NCBI GenBank assembly: GCA_011109175.1
Contig: RDEW01000003.1
Location: 248,001-312,000, forward strand
Direction of reading: 5' to 3'
Source: Dicyema japonicum
Lineage: Eukaryota; Animalia; Dicyemida
Length of the DNA stretch: 64,000 nucleotides
A program made the position numbers and the translations under genes. Under the pieces are notes generated by a model, which was not told where the DNA came from, did no database searches, and saw only the letters and a list, made by a program, of their open reading frames with translations. Below are positions 21,800-34,694 of the stretch, piece by piece (within the stretch, counting starts at the first letter, position 1; every line of letters starts with the position of its first letter).

Positions 21800-22380
21800 C
21801 CTCATGCCGCAAGTCCTGCAAACGCTTGGACTCTTCTCTGCGCTCTCAGACTTCTCTTATCGCTTATTCTGTGCTGCAACATACTAGTCAATGATGGCAT
21901 CTATTTTTAGGTAGTTTTCTATCCTTTTTTCTGCTGCTTCTTTAATCGACATTACTAGCAAATTTTCATTATCATCTAGCTTCTCGTCGAGCCTTTTGTG
22001 TAGGGCAATCTTGATCCCTGCTCTCCTCGATTTTTCAAGAAGCAAAATAAAACGCTCTTTGTATGCAGTGTAATGCCATCTTTCCAATCCATAAAGAAAT
22101 TATGGAATGATCGTACGTGAAAAAATAAATGAAAACATATCCGTTTAGAGTCTCAATTTCCTCATACACAATATCGCATAATGGGCTTTCTTCCTTTTGA
22201 GTTTAAAATCGCACAATGTGCTCCCAGATTTCTCAAAACCTGTTCTGAGATACTTCAAAGAGCTCACAATGTTGATTCCGCATACAAAGTCTCTCTGATT
22301 TTTTACTATTCTGACCAAAGAACCTCATTGCACTAGATTTTTCTTCTGACAGTTTTAACCCATGAAAACCGCACCGGTCT
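21800..22380 (-). mobile_element. degenerate LINE post-RT fragment
   Basis: SLKYLR and KPIMRYC-like remnants with many stops. Confidence 0.35.
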
Positions 22381-22399
22381 TTTATCTCTTCCATTTTTT

Positions 22400-25300
22400 A
22401 CCCCAAGATCACCGGATTAGAAATAGTTAAAAGTTAACTACTAACTAAGTGATCCCGGTTTTCCGGGTTCTGGCTCTCGTTCGGGTCTCGAAGATCCAAC
22501 AGAATTGGTAAAACAGGGACAGTCTCATTCTCCATAGATTCCCCGCATTTTCTAGATAGTCAGATATAGAGTGAAATCGGACAGCCGGTTTTCATTGCCC
22601 ACTGTAGAAATGACTTCACTCTCCACCTTAGATGTTCTCTAACATTCAATACGTTATCCACAGTTTTCTTATTATTATTTTCAAGGCAGCAAGTTGTGCG
22701 GCTTCTAATTTTTGAGACGACGATTCAGAAATCATCGAGCTCCAGGAGGACATGCGTAATCGATTACTGCAGTATGTATTGTCTGTAAATTTTCTGTAGT
22801 AAGAAGGTGTTGTGCCCGATTGGTGATCGGGACAAAATTTTCAATGTGTTGGTCCTCCTCCTGACCTTGGTAATAACTTCATTGACGTGTTGGCCGAATG
22901 TCAGGAGAGTATCCAACTTTAATCCTAGTATTGTTGAGACTTATTCATAGGAATTTAATATCCAAACAATTTGATTTTGGGAGAGTATAATGATCTTCTA
23001 TATGTAGAGAAAATTGTTATAAACGACTTTTCTGTAGAAACTCCCAGTCGATTTGATATGAGCCAATGTTACAATATACTAGTATAACTTTGAAGTTTTA
23101 TTACTGCCTTCTCATAGTTAGAGTCTCTCGTCGCAAGAACAATGTCATCTGCGTATGAGAGTATTAATGTAGTGCAAAGAAGGTCATTGGTGTACAAGTT
23201 GAACAGCAGAGGAGAGAGAAGTGAACCTTGAGGGACACCACTCGGCAATAAACGGGAATTAGATTTTCTGTTGTCTGACATCACTTATCCTCTTCTTCCA
23301 TTTAGAAAATTCGACAGCCAATTTTTAATGTTTGGATTTATAAAAGTGTCAGAAATTTTCTCTATAAGTAGTCCGGGACACGGAGTCGAATGCTTTCTTC
23401 AAGTCTATTGAAGCCATTATGGTCCTTTTATGTGGTTTTGGATAGGAGAATCCATCAGATATACTGATTTAATTTTGTTTAGTGAGTCGTAGTAGAATGA
23501 TTTTCACGGAATTCATGCTGGAATACTCGATTTGGTACAATATTTTTGATTCGTGTTAAGATTAATTTTTCCATAATTTGGGACACACGTACATAATATT
23601 GCAATTGGACGATAAGAAGAGGGATCGTTCGCAGGTTTTTTTGGCTTCCGAATTGGTAAAATTATGGATTTGTTCCATATAGAAGGTATCATATTATTGT
23701 TTACAGATAGAGTATAAACGTATGATAGGAATTCGGAGCTTTTCCACTAAGGTGTTTCGGCTCCATCATCGAGACATTGTCAGCAACTCGGGAACGGGAT
23801 TTTTGGCATCCATGACTGCGTTTCGAACTTCTTGCGGAGTAAAGACAATCAAGTCATATGATGGATACAACTTTTTTGTAGACTCTTGTTCCCTCGAGAA
23901 ATTTTTATGGCTGATTGCGACATAGTGTTTCATTAAAATATTTGGGTCGATGTTGCTACATCCCTGTCCGTAGAAGGCTTTCTCAGAGCCTTCATTGCAA
24001 CGTCTCAAATATTTAAGTTTCCTCCATATCAGCGTCTCGGATGTATTTGGCGATAGAGAATCAATAAGTGATGTCCATCGCTTCTTGATTCTAGATTGGG
24101 AAACTTGTTTAATTTGCATATTTAAGTTTTCATTTTTTGGAAATCGTCATTTGATAAATCCTTTTGCTTTTTAATTTATTTCTTTCTCTGATAAGTGTTT
24201 TTGTATGCATATTCCTTTTTTGATGGCATCCCATTGGAATAAATAGTTTTCTTGCTTGGAGTATAATGTCCGTGAAAGTTTTTATCATGTGGTCAATTGA
24301 TGAGATACCAATGTGTAAAATACTTCCATATTGGTGTCGATGTAATTAGAGAAGTTGGACCAATCGCGCTTTCAAAATTTAAAAAAGTGGAATTCTGTCT
24401 GATAAATTTATTTCAGTGTTGATTTTCATCATAATAGGGTTGTGTCACTTTTTAGTTCATATTTTACAGTCCAATTGATAAGGGAAACATTGAGGGGGAA
24501 CATAAGAGAGGTCAGGATGTAGGTTTGTCTCCTGTTCGAGTAAGTGTTCTTGTGTTGCTTTTGGTGTTATTCAATTTCTGGCCAGTAGGTTTCCTCTACT
24601 GTCTGGTTTCTGGCCTTCATACCATAATTGATGTTCGGCATTGATGTCACCGCATAGTAGTTGAGGTTGGAGAAATTCAGTAGGTTAGGGTAATACCCAC
24701 TTGGACAGGAGCTAGTAAATTGAATATATACATTGACAATATTTATAGTTTTCCTAGGAATTCTAATATGTATGCCGATTAGTTCCAAAGGGTCATTCTC
24801 TGGATATAATTTTCGGATTTTGTTTGAAATATCTTCATATTGAATTTCACTTCTTATTAATGTCATTACTTCTACACCAAGCTTGATCTTCTGTCTTTAC
24901 GGATAATGGAATATCCGGGAAAGTTGGAGTTCGTATGTTTGCTTGTAGCTTTGTCTCTTGGACTAGAGCAATGTCAATTTCATTACTATTGAGTAAGTGG
25001 CGGACTTTCAGCACCTTGTTTCGTATTCCGTTAATATTGATCTGGACCAGGTTGATTTCAGGGCCTGGGTTGGATTCGACGTCCCCACACAAAATTAGAG
25101 CGTACCTGGAAAACCATCCTCCTTCATGGATAGGGAAAGTGCAGTTCTTTTTAACATCATGTGATGCATAACACCACCATGCAAATGAACCACGCGGATT
25201 TTTTTCACCACGGTCATCTAACGATCCTTGCGAATTATAATATATCCATGGAAAGAACTTGATATGGAGACGGAAAGCTATGTTTCTCTGATAAAAGACA

Positions 25301-25900
25301 AGATCTACATGATTTTCAGAAAGATCTGTCAGGTGTATCTGATGTGGCATATACCAAGAGAAGAGGTGGCTCGTTTTGGCTATCTAAAGGCAGAAAAAGC
25401 AAAGCAACACAGCTGATTGTCCGATTCTGTTCAGATAGTCAATTCTGTATAAATCCATATCAGTGTGGACACAAACTTTGAGGTGGGAAACTAAATTTTT
25501 ATCAACATCACAGAAGCTCATTGATGTCTAGATACTATTAGTAAAACCCAGTCGTGGATCGTTTTGATGCGCGACTGAGTGGGTTTGAAAATGCTAACGA
25601 ACTTTGTCACTAAGGTAAGATATCTTTTCAAAGGCATTGGTCGGCGTTTTGCTGAACATCGTGAACTGGTCCCTGATTGGTAGAATTGTTGATTACCAAT
25701 GAAATGGTTCTTAGACAGTCTTTCATTTAATGAGTGATCGATTTATGAAAATAAAGCCAATAAATACAATGCATTCGATATATAGACTATTATTCTTAAT
25801 ATATCATAAACGTGGACAGGAATACGTTAAAGGGTCTTAAAAAGTTGGGAGAATTAGTCGAGAATTTCAGCATCCAAAGTGCCTATATAAATATATATTC
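22400..25900 (-). mobile_element. APE-type non-LTR retrotransposon with 2A peptide, APE endonuclease and RT, decayed
   Basis: LILCGDVESNPGP; APE motifs VQININGIRNK and IALVQETKL; RT motifs SSYRPIAIL, GVPQGSLLSPLLFNLYTND, YADD. Confidence 0.88.
25060..25098 (-). other. 2A (StopGo) ribosome-skipping motif
   Basis: L-I-L-C-G-D-V-E-S-N-P-G-P fits G-D-(V/I)-E-x-N-P-G-P and lies immediately before the APE domain. Confidence 0.85.
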
Positions 25901-26143
25901 AATCAATAGTATCGAAAGACACTTGAGAATGTACTTGTTATGACAGGCATAATGTCCAAGCATTTCTTCTAAAACTACTTTTTTTAGTAAGCAAAAAAAA
26001 TATGAACGATAAAATAACAAAAAACTATTTCTTTTTCTTTACACTTTTTACATTATTTTCGCCAATAGCCATATGTAGTTTTTCTTCCTGAGTTTTTTTC
26101 TCCAAAAACTCAGAAATTTTCTCTGCAAATAACAACTCATATA

Positions 26144-28145
26144 TTAACCGGTAAAATTGGAATTTAAAATCCTATTCATCTCCAGCATTTTAGAAACGTA
26201 ACTAATAAAGCGGTCAGTCGCCACAAAGTAGGGACTAGAAATCTTCTCATACATCTTCCTCAACTGAGTCGTCGAATCGGTCATCACAGACATCCATTCA
26301 AGAGTTTGTTGATTTATAACGTCCTCACATGATTCTAACTGCTGCATTACTTCCTGGTGTTCTGCCCATTGGTCAGGAAGGTCAGCCTAGGAGTTAAATT
26401 AGATCTCACATTAGTAAAGGAGACGTATTTCAAGTCGCTTCCCACCTCCTCCGTTGCCACATGAGAATAAGAATCAATCTCATTGATGCTACCAAATCAA
26501 ACAGAATGTTAACAAATCAGCATATCTTAGCGAATTTAACGTCTGCTTGGTCGAAATCTGAGTTGGAGAAACAGTCGTTATCTAAAGTGAACAAAACTAA
26601 ACATACCATGCATGTTTTTGTTCTATCCCCCATAAAACAGTCACGTAAAATTGAAGTTAATTTACTAGTCCTAAAAGGCACGTGGGGCCATTTGTGAACA
26701 AGTGCCCTTATACATTCCTTCAGTTATTCTAATTAAATACCTTTAAGGCCAAAAGACTGGTATTAATGTCAGACGCCTCCCTTCGTATATTAAAGTCGTT
26801 ACTGTTCATATCAGCTGCTCTCTCATTCCCAGCCAGGTCAATGAGGGAGATTTTCCCAAAAATATCAGTGGATTTGGGTTTCTTCAGCACAATTTGAAGG
26901 ATTGCGTGGGAACGGGAAGAGTTGGAGTTCAGTGTGGTCTGTCCAGCAGAACTAAAAATATTCGCCCACAAATACCGCGAAGAAGTCCCTTTATTAATGT
27001 AACGAATGATCTCTTCTACATCCTTGACTTGTATTTCAGTAAGGCCAACAACATGAAAGACCTTCTTGTCCACCAGCAGTCTCAGCTGGGAGTTCTTTTT
27101 CAACAAGTCCAATATTTTGCAGTTATAGAGTTCAAAGAAACTGACAAAAACGTCGTATTTGTTATTTACTCGCTGAAACAAGTCACGTGCTCAAATAAAC
27201 AAACAAACAACCCACAAAATTATAAATTCCTTCCACTTTGCCACGTTGTCCTTCCATGGTCTAAAATTAGCTAATAATGTCTACATAAGTCTTCCCACTC
27301 CCAGTCTGTCCATACGTGAAGCACGTAGCCTGTCCTCCCATGCACATACATTTCAACAGGGGTTGTACTGAAAATCTGAAATAGAACGACAAGCTCCCTA
27401 CTTGTATACCACATCGTTAGTGATGTTTTCATCGAAGGCATAATCACACTTGAATGTGTGGTTCTCCAAATACTCAGTCTGGTCTACCTTCTGTTTTTGT
27501 TCGTGGACCACAACTGTGTTTTTATCACGAATCGTTAAAACATCAACGTCTCCACGGGAAATCTCTGTAGTTAACGGAGCAAGAACCATTGAATGAGATG
27601 GGTCGTTTACGAACACAGACAAAAAATGCCCCACTCTCATGGACGTCGTCATATTTGAGCGATTTTATCTCTGAATTATTACGATAATCACTAATTGTTA
27701 ACTTTTTAATGCAACTTTATCTTTTTGACAAGAGATTTGTGTTTAGAGGGGACGTTTGCAGCTTTCAGAGCCTTCACATTGGCCCTGCGTTCCTCTCTCT
27801 TCTTCTCTATCTGTTCAATTTGACAGACGACTGGGGACTTTTTGCAGACGGAAGGCTGTCTCGAACGGATTAAGTCCTTTTTGGAATTTTGATCTAATCG
27901 GCTTTTACTCAGCAAGTCAGGATTCATAGAGAACAGTTCCGACAACACGATCTAAAATTAGGGAAATGCCACTTCTTTCTCCAGGTTAGCGTTACCCTCA
28001 GTGAAAGCCACCAGAACCATGCCTTCTTCCTCCCTTACTAAGACTATTCTGGCCTCATGGGTTTTCCCTGTAAATTAAGTCCAATATGTTTACCATTTGA
28101 ACGCCTTATTAAAACAGTAAGTCCCTCAGATAAACAAGAGGCCAT
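26144..28145 (-). CDS. KIF2: kinesin-13 (KIF2/MCAK-like) microtubule depolymerase, 13 exons
   Basis: After removing 12 GT-AG introns (26, 21, 25, 22, 26, 24, 22, 24, 23, 25, 25, 23 nt): N-terminal IRRSNGKTHEA..FSMNPDL, neck [28 protein letters not shown]-loop [57 protein letters not shown]. Confidence 0.95.
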
Positions 28146-28319
28146 TCATAAATCTAGGCAATTTTATTTTAATTTAATTTTATTTTTTAATTAAATTATA
28201 TTTATTTTCTAATTATAACTACCCGATAATCGTCTCAATATTAAAAGTCAATTTTGAAAAATTATTTTATTGCTTGAGCAAATATAGGATGAATCGTCAG
28301 TTAGGATAATCAGACTACT

Positions 28320-29315
28320 ACTTGCGAACACAAGACTATCTGTGAGGACAGAAGGAGCAACTTCCCGCAGTTTCAAAACAACGATTGGGACACCCCAGGG
28401 TGATTTCCTCTCCCCTTTACTATTCACCATATACCTTGAATCTGCACTCCGCGACCTCCGTAAATGCTATATAGGAGACATAGAAGAGACATCTTATGCT
28501 GATGATGTGGATTTTGTATCACGGGATGTGACCGCACTCCAACACCTGCTAGAAAATGCATATGCGGAGCTTGAAAAATGGTTTCTCAGCGTAAATGTTA
28601 ACAAAACTGAAATTACGGAAATCAAAAGAGAAGACGATATTACTCATGAAAGATGGAGACGTACTAATAAGCTCGGCTCTCTACTAGGAGACTCTGAAGA
28701 TGTACTAAGGAGGAAAACACTGGCAAATGCGGCAATGGCTAAACTGAAAAAAGGATGGCTAAGGGCCAAAGGACTTGGAATTGACATCAGATGCAGGCTT
28801 TACAACGCGTTTGTGAAACCGATCCTACTGTATAACGCTGGGACATGGGGAAGTTCCTTCAAAGAACTATCAAAACTGGATTCGTTCCATAGAAGGCAAC
28901 TAAGAAGCTTACTCGGAATGGAGTGGCCACGTAGAATATCAACCACTGGTATCTACAACAAGTGTATGTGTTCTTACATCAGCAAGGATGTGATAGATGC
29001 CCGGTGGAGGCTATTTGGGCATGTACTAAGAATGAACCCGGACGCATCCGCTAACAAAGCGATGGAAGATTACTTTGACAGATGCGAAAAACCCTTCCGC
29101 GGACGACCTAGATCGACACTTCCGACAGCCCTAAACAAATACTTAAATCGTGTGAGAAAAAATCTAAAGACGGGAGACGACCTGGACGAATTGAGATCAC
29201 TCGCATTCGACAGAGGAAAATGGAAAAGACTAACTATAAATATTGTTTCTTTGAGTGTTGCACATGCGGGGCTATAATCATTATGGCTTTCGTGAAAGTG
29301 CTTTAATAATAATAA
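28320..29315 (+). mobile_element. RTE-clade LINE, 5'-truncated, with an intact 311-aa RT ORF and (TAA)n tail
   Basis: GTPQGDFLSPLLF, YADDVDF, LYNAFVKPILLYNAGTW, WRLFGHVLRM, RGRPRSTL. Confidence 0.92.
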
Positions 29316-29459
29316 AGGTCTGGGCTCATAAGAATAGCATAATATTAGTGTTCCCCAATAACTTTCAAAAATAACTCAATTGTAGTCATCACAAAAAACT
29401 TAGATCAATAAAATATTACATTTTACATAATTTTTTATTCAATAAAATTTATTGCGTAA

Positions 29460-29630
29460 CAAAACAATCAAAATAATCCAACTTAAAAATTGATTCCCTG
29501 ATAACTGCCTGAAAAATCTTTTGGAACGGCAACTCATCACTCACTTTCAAAGCCATAGACCCAAGCGGTCTTGGAAAAGAGACCGTCTTGGGCTATAAGA
29601 CTCTGTTTGTTTTTATGACAATGAGCTGCA
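29460..29630 (-). mobile_element. CRE-clade 3' end
   Basis: Reverse complement matches 30370-30530 (GCCCAAGACGGTCTCTTT ... GGATTATTTTGATTGT). Confidence 0.7.
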
Positions 29631-29999
29631 TGTGGAATCTAGTGAGGACGCTGTCGTATTTTCTTATTTTGGAATGCTCGTGCTGCCTTAAATTATAATA
29701 TTTTTTTGTGAGAATGATTTGTTTAGTTAATTCGAACTGATAATCCCGCGACATAAAGTTGCCTCTCAACTTGAATCAACTGAGGGCAGGGGTGTGGCAA
29801 AGCTTTCTGCTGCCCGGGACGAGTGTATGATAATGAAGCATCATCGTTTACCAACTTTGAAATTCCTTCGTCTATGACTTTAATGGTGAATATATCAGCC
29901 ATTTCATATGCTAACGCGCACCATTGCTTGAAAAAGTTTCAAACCAATGCTTAAAAAGTGATCTTCCTTCTTTTTCAGCAAAAGGACCTTCCTGGTGTA

Positions 30000-30530
30000 A
30001 GTGATTTGTTGTCAACACTAGAGGTGCGTTCCAACCATCGTCAATTGGTTGTTTTCTTGAACAGGACGCCCTCCTGAGTGAGCCGATTTCCGAGGCATAT
30101 AACCATCAACTGGATTATGAGGCGCTCTCTTGAGGCAACTGAATTCCCTTCGTCTTTGGAATCGGTGGGCCTGGATCGTGTGATGGAAAGCGTCCAGACG
30201 GGGTAACTGTCTTTCCCTTCTGTCGAGTGAAATGCTTGATTTGGGCCTTTTCCCAGTCGAGACTGGCTGGTTCAGCATTGAAAGCTGGGAGGCTGTTCGG
30301 ACTTATGAGAATTTCAAGATAAAAAAAATACAACAGCCAGCCCATTGTTGTCGAGACGAGTGGAGTCTTCGAGCCCAAGACGGTCTCTTTATAAGATCCC
30401 TTGGACCAATGATTTCGAAAGTCAACAATTAGCGTCGGGAAACCGAATGGTTGTCCAAAGGATTTCTCTGGCAGTTATCAGGAGAAACAACTATTCCATT
30501 CTATTAGCTGGATTATTTTGATTGTCTTGT
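30000..30530 (+). mobile_element. CRE-clade 3' fragment
   Basis: RPDGVTVFPF..KCLIW REL motif; ETSGVFEP-like segment. Confidence 0.75.
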
Positions 30531-30604
30531 TTCTTAATAAATTCTTTTTTTCTAAAAATTTTTTTTTGTAAAATTATATTTAATTATCAAAACGCATAAA
30601 TAAT

Positions 30605-30699
30605 TAATTAACACAGCCATCCATCTAAAGTGGACCCCGCCGACATTATCGATGTTGCGTTGCTTCTCACGATTGCAACAGAGATCAACTGGAGAAGCC
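30605..30699 (-). mobile_element. CRE-clade 3' end
   Basis: Near-identical reverse complement of 1633-1726. Confidence 0.85.
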
Positions 30700-31799
30700 T
30701 AAAAAATTAAATAGAATTGTTTGTATAAAAATTTGAAAGGTCTCTATATTTTTTGGCATTCAGTCAGATGTCTTTTTCCATTAAAATGTTGATCGATGTA
30801 GTATTTTTTAGTTCGTTACATGGAGACAAGTTCTGGTACGCTGGAACGAGTAATCGGGAATCATTTTTTTCATCAAATTTGCATCCTGATTATCGACATA
30901 AAGTTAGAGTTCTGTTTTCACTGGATTTCTGAATTCCCTCTCGGATGACATGGGTTCAAAAACAGTTCTGTTCATGGGTTCAAAAACAGAAGACTGTAGC
31001 AAGGAAGCACAGCCGTCGCCTTATGCTACGCAAGCCTGACATCGTCGTCATAACAAGAAGGTAACTGACTGTGCTTCATCACAAAAAAGCGATAAGAGAA
31101 TTCATAGGAAACTCACCAGTCATCGATTAAAACCAGTTCACTTAAAGTCTTCAGCGCTGTCAATAGAACATGATGATCACTAGCAGTCGATCCTGTCTAT
31201 GATGAAAAATACATAAAGAAAAAAGTGAGTATAACTTAATAATATGAACTCTATGGCTTGGATCTGCTTCAGGAACTTCCCCTGGAATAACCCAGCCGAA
31301 TAAAGGAGAGAAAATTATCCTTTTCGCTTCTATTTTGCAGAGGGAACCTCCCTAAACAAGTGGATTACGTCAGTTTAACGAGGAAAAGAAAAAACAACAT
31401 ATAGAAGAATTCTTTAACTTAATGACTAGTTGGGGATCGAATAAAAATCAAGAATAGAAAATATAAAAAAAAATCTGGGAAAATTCCCCATTATTTACTT
31501 AAGAACATTCGAGAACTAACAAATATTCTATTACTCCTTTGAATAGGCTCATGCTGAATAGACTCATGTAAGCTTTCCACTTTGCAACTGATCACCAGTT
31601 GGTGTCTTTAAATTGTGCAAAAGAGTTATTTTTACATTTTATTGATTCTCTGCATCCCCTTTCAAGGAGGGTAGAAAGATTTTGATATGAAAATTAGCGA
31701 CGGCAAATGAGGTTTTTAATATTTTCTGAGATTCTTATAGCCTTCACTTTTTTATTAAATACATATCACTTTTTTTCCCACAAAAGGAACAAAATTCAG

Positions 31800-33420
31800 C
31801 ATTGAGACCCATAACAGACTGTTTAAAACCATCTCCTGTTGATCACTTACACTGGGAGTCGAAGATCTTGCTATCGAGCGATTACCTTGCAGAGCTTAGC
31901 ACATCTCCAACAATCACTTGATCTCAACAACAAAATTTTTCCACTACTCAAATCGGATGACCGTAGGCATATCCACAGGACCCTCACTGACTTCCAAAGA
32001 ACATTAAGAAAATCTCACCTCAGGCGAAAGACCGAACCTGGACCAAAAGTTTACGTGACTTTGTCTCGTACGGATCCTCAAAGACAGAAAGATACTGAAG
32101 CCCAGAGCTTTTGAGATTAACGCTTCAGAATTGCTACTCCGGAGGATCGTCAGAGTGGAAATTCCAAGCATGCGTTATAGAACTCATCCATCTCTTGCTG
32201 GAGTAGTTCAGGATCTCTTTGCCTTTTCTAAGTCACCAGGACTCGACGTGAATGAGGTGGATCTCTGTGAGTGTCCTGTCTTATCAACTCTCTTTTGAAG
32301 GTTGCATGTCTCTGTTATCGAAATGGGGTTATTAGTTAAATAGAAGACTGCAATCGGTCTCACCGTTGTGATGTTTGAAAAAGTCTTAAATTCCTTATCT
32401 TCCGAACAGGATGGACAAGCAAGGACGGCCTATGTCTATACGAATCAGGAACGTTGAAAACCGTCCAATTAAATATCAGCCAAGACAAGATATTAAACTG
32501 AAGAACCTTGCGAAAAGACATCATGTCTCACCGCTAATATTGACATTCTAGAATACATACCCTCAACATAGAAATAACCAAAACGTCAAAGATAGAGTGG
32601 CAAAGTTAACTAAGGTCGTCATTGAAAACCTATTTTTGAAAAGTTGTGGAAATCGATTAGGTCTCTCGAGAAATCTAACAACGAGCCACTTAACATGCAC
32701 ATCCATCCAAACTCCTTAATGAGATATCATGCCTCGATAAGACACAAAGATTTTTCAAGACACCACCTTGTGTACCTTAAAAAATCAAACCAAAAAGATC
32801 CAAATGCTAAGTTCGCCAGGTAATTGACTCGCACTCCAGAGTCTCATGTTCCACCTTGACCAAGGAGCTGAGGCATTTGGGTCTCTGACATAGAACTCTT
32901 AGTTTCCATATTTACTAAATCCATCAACTTGAATCATATCCCAAGAATATGAAAGAAATCCTTTATTAAATCAACAAAATAGACAAACTGTTAATGAGCC
33001 TCTCCCATACAACTCTCCTCCAGAATCCTGAAGAGACTTTCATGAGTATAAGATGTGGGTAATCTGTAAGAACTTGAAATCAAAGATCATCTCCTGGCAA
33101 ACGGAGTTCCTCAGGAGCTCCTCTTTCGTCGGTTCTGTTCAACCTAGTCATGTCGCAAAACTGCATCCTGTTATCCTATGTGGACAATATTGTAATTGCT
33201 GCCAGAAATAAAGATTTCCAACACCCACTTTGATCATACAATAAATACTGGATACTCTGAATTATGGTTCGTTTAACTACACTTAACGTTTCCTCAACAA
33301 AGTCTTTCGTGTGTATTAGGGACTACACCATCAAGAATCCTTCCTGATAACGCGATTATTCCAACGTAATCCCAAACCAAAATTTAAACTTAAAGATGGC
33401 AGCACTCCCCCTATGCGGAG
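31800..33420 (+). mobile_element. APE-type LINE fragments
   Basis: HLHWESKIL (same family as about 13680) and GVPQ..SSVLFNLVM..LSYVDNIV RT remnant. Confidence 0.6.
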
Positions 33421-33552
33421 TGTTTGCCACTGACTCATTAAAAATATAGAACAAATCCTAACCAAAATTTTTTTTCAAACCATAGACCCTATTGTCGATA
33501 AGCTAGACACACTCACCCTATGCGGCATTTTTGATACATTTGTAATTTATTT

Positions 33553-33882
33553 ATTAACCCCGGATACACCGAGAAAGAAGTTAAAGTAAACAACTAATTA
33601 AGTGTATCTAGTTTCCACTTCTACAGAAACAAAATCCATCCGGAATCAGCATAAAGGTAAGACGTCCATTGCATGCAGTTGTGAGAACCCCTCCAGTGGA
33701 GTGGGGAGAGCAAATGATCCTTTTTCGTGCCGGCCTGACACTGGGCGTCACCTAGACAGGTGGATCACATGACGCCACTCTAATAGGAAGAGAGAAGAAA
33801 AAGAAACAAGCTAACAGAAAACTTCAATCAATTAACCACGCAGCACCACATGACGCCACGCGGTTTTCACCAAATAAGGCTC
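33553..33882 (-). mobile_element. 330-bp SINE-like element, copy 2
   Basis: Reverse complement of 3237-3568; 18-bp flanking direct repeat TACATTTGTAATT(T/A)ATTT at 33535-33552 and 33883-33900. Confidence 0.85.
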
Positions 33883-34096
33883 TACATTTGTAATTAATTT
33901 TTTCAATTAATTTTTGTTTTCTTTTAATATTTTAAAACAAATTTATTTAAACAAAAAATTAAGTGTCAATTTTTTTGAGTCTTGAGATATGTATGCCTTT
34001 TAGTTCTGCCCCATCTTTAGATCGGATTTTGCATATTTCGTGTATGGCTTCAATGATCAAATATTTCTTAGGCAAAATTTGATCACATAGTGCACA

Positions 34097-34426
34097 GCCG
34101 GGTGGCTTAGTGGTTAGGTGTCGGCTTAAGTGGCTTAGGCTACGGGTTCGAATCTTGCTGCTGCTCACCTGGTGGAAGGTTCCACGCATCTACGATGCAG
34201 AAATGGTTTGACGAGTGACGCCGTCATCAGTGAATACTCACTGCGGAACTGGATTTGTCTAGAAAGGACACTCACACAAGAAAAAAAAAAAAAAGAAGTG
34301 AAGATCATTCCTTGGTTCTACGATTAGTTAAAATTAACTGTTCTTTACTTAAATAAAGTGTGTGTCCTGCCTATGCGGAGCTATAAAATACTATGGCTCT
34401 CGTGAAAAGGCTTTATTATTATTATT
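34097..34426 (+). mobile_element. tRNA-derived SINE with RTE-derived 3' tail
   Basis: A box TGGCTTAGTGG (34103-34113), B box GGTTCGAATC (34145-34154); tail matches the RTE 3' end; perfect 10-bp TSD ATAGTGCACA (34087-34096, 34427-34436). Confidence 0.88.
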
Positions 34427-34595
34427 ATAGTGCACATCGTCTATTTTTTGGATTTGCATCTTCATCTTGCCTCAGGAGTATATTAGTCCCCCACGTTGAT
34501 AATTTCTTCATCGAACTTCATTTTCGACGTTCTTGCATTTTATGCCTTCGCATTGTAGCATGACATAGGCTTCTTTGCGTGCTTCTTCTGTGACA

Positions 34596-34694
34596 TGTTC
34601 ACCGTTCGATTGATTAACTCCCATGAAAAGATAACATGGCACTGCTTTCGTGTTCACCGTTCGATTGATTAACTCCCATGAAAAGATAACATGG
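34596..34694. repeat. 44-bp exact direct repeat, period 55
   Basis: TGTTCACCGTTCGATTGATTAACTCCCATGAAAAGATAACATGG at 34596-34639 and 34651-34694. Confidence 0.95.

Noticed and set aside
28146-28165. Spliced-leader acceptors (TAG shortly upstream of several start codons)
   Set aside because: TAG is frequent by chance in AT-rich DNA, two genes lack it, and no SL RNA gene was seen.
30949-30989. 17-bp direct repeat CATGGGTTCAAAAACAG as a regulatory site or TSD
   Set aside because: Only about 7 nt separate the copies, within decayed TE sequence; most simply a local slippage duplication.
34097-34170. Functional tRNA gene
   Set aside because: A and B boxes are present but acceptor and anticodon stems do not pair convincingly, and it sits in a TSD-flanked element with a LINE tail.
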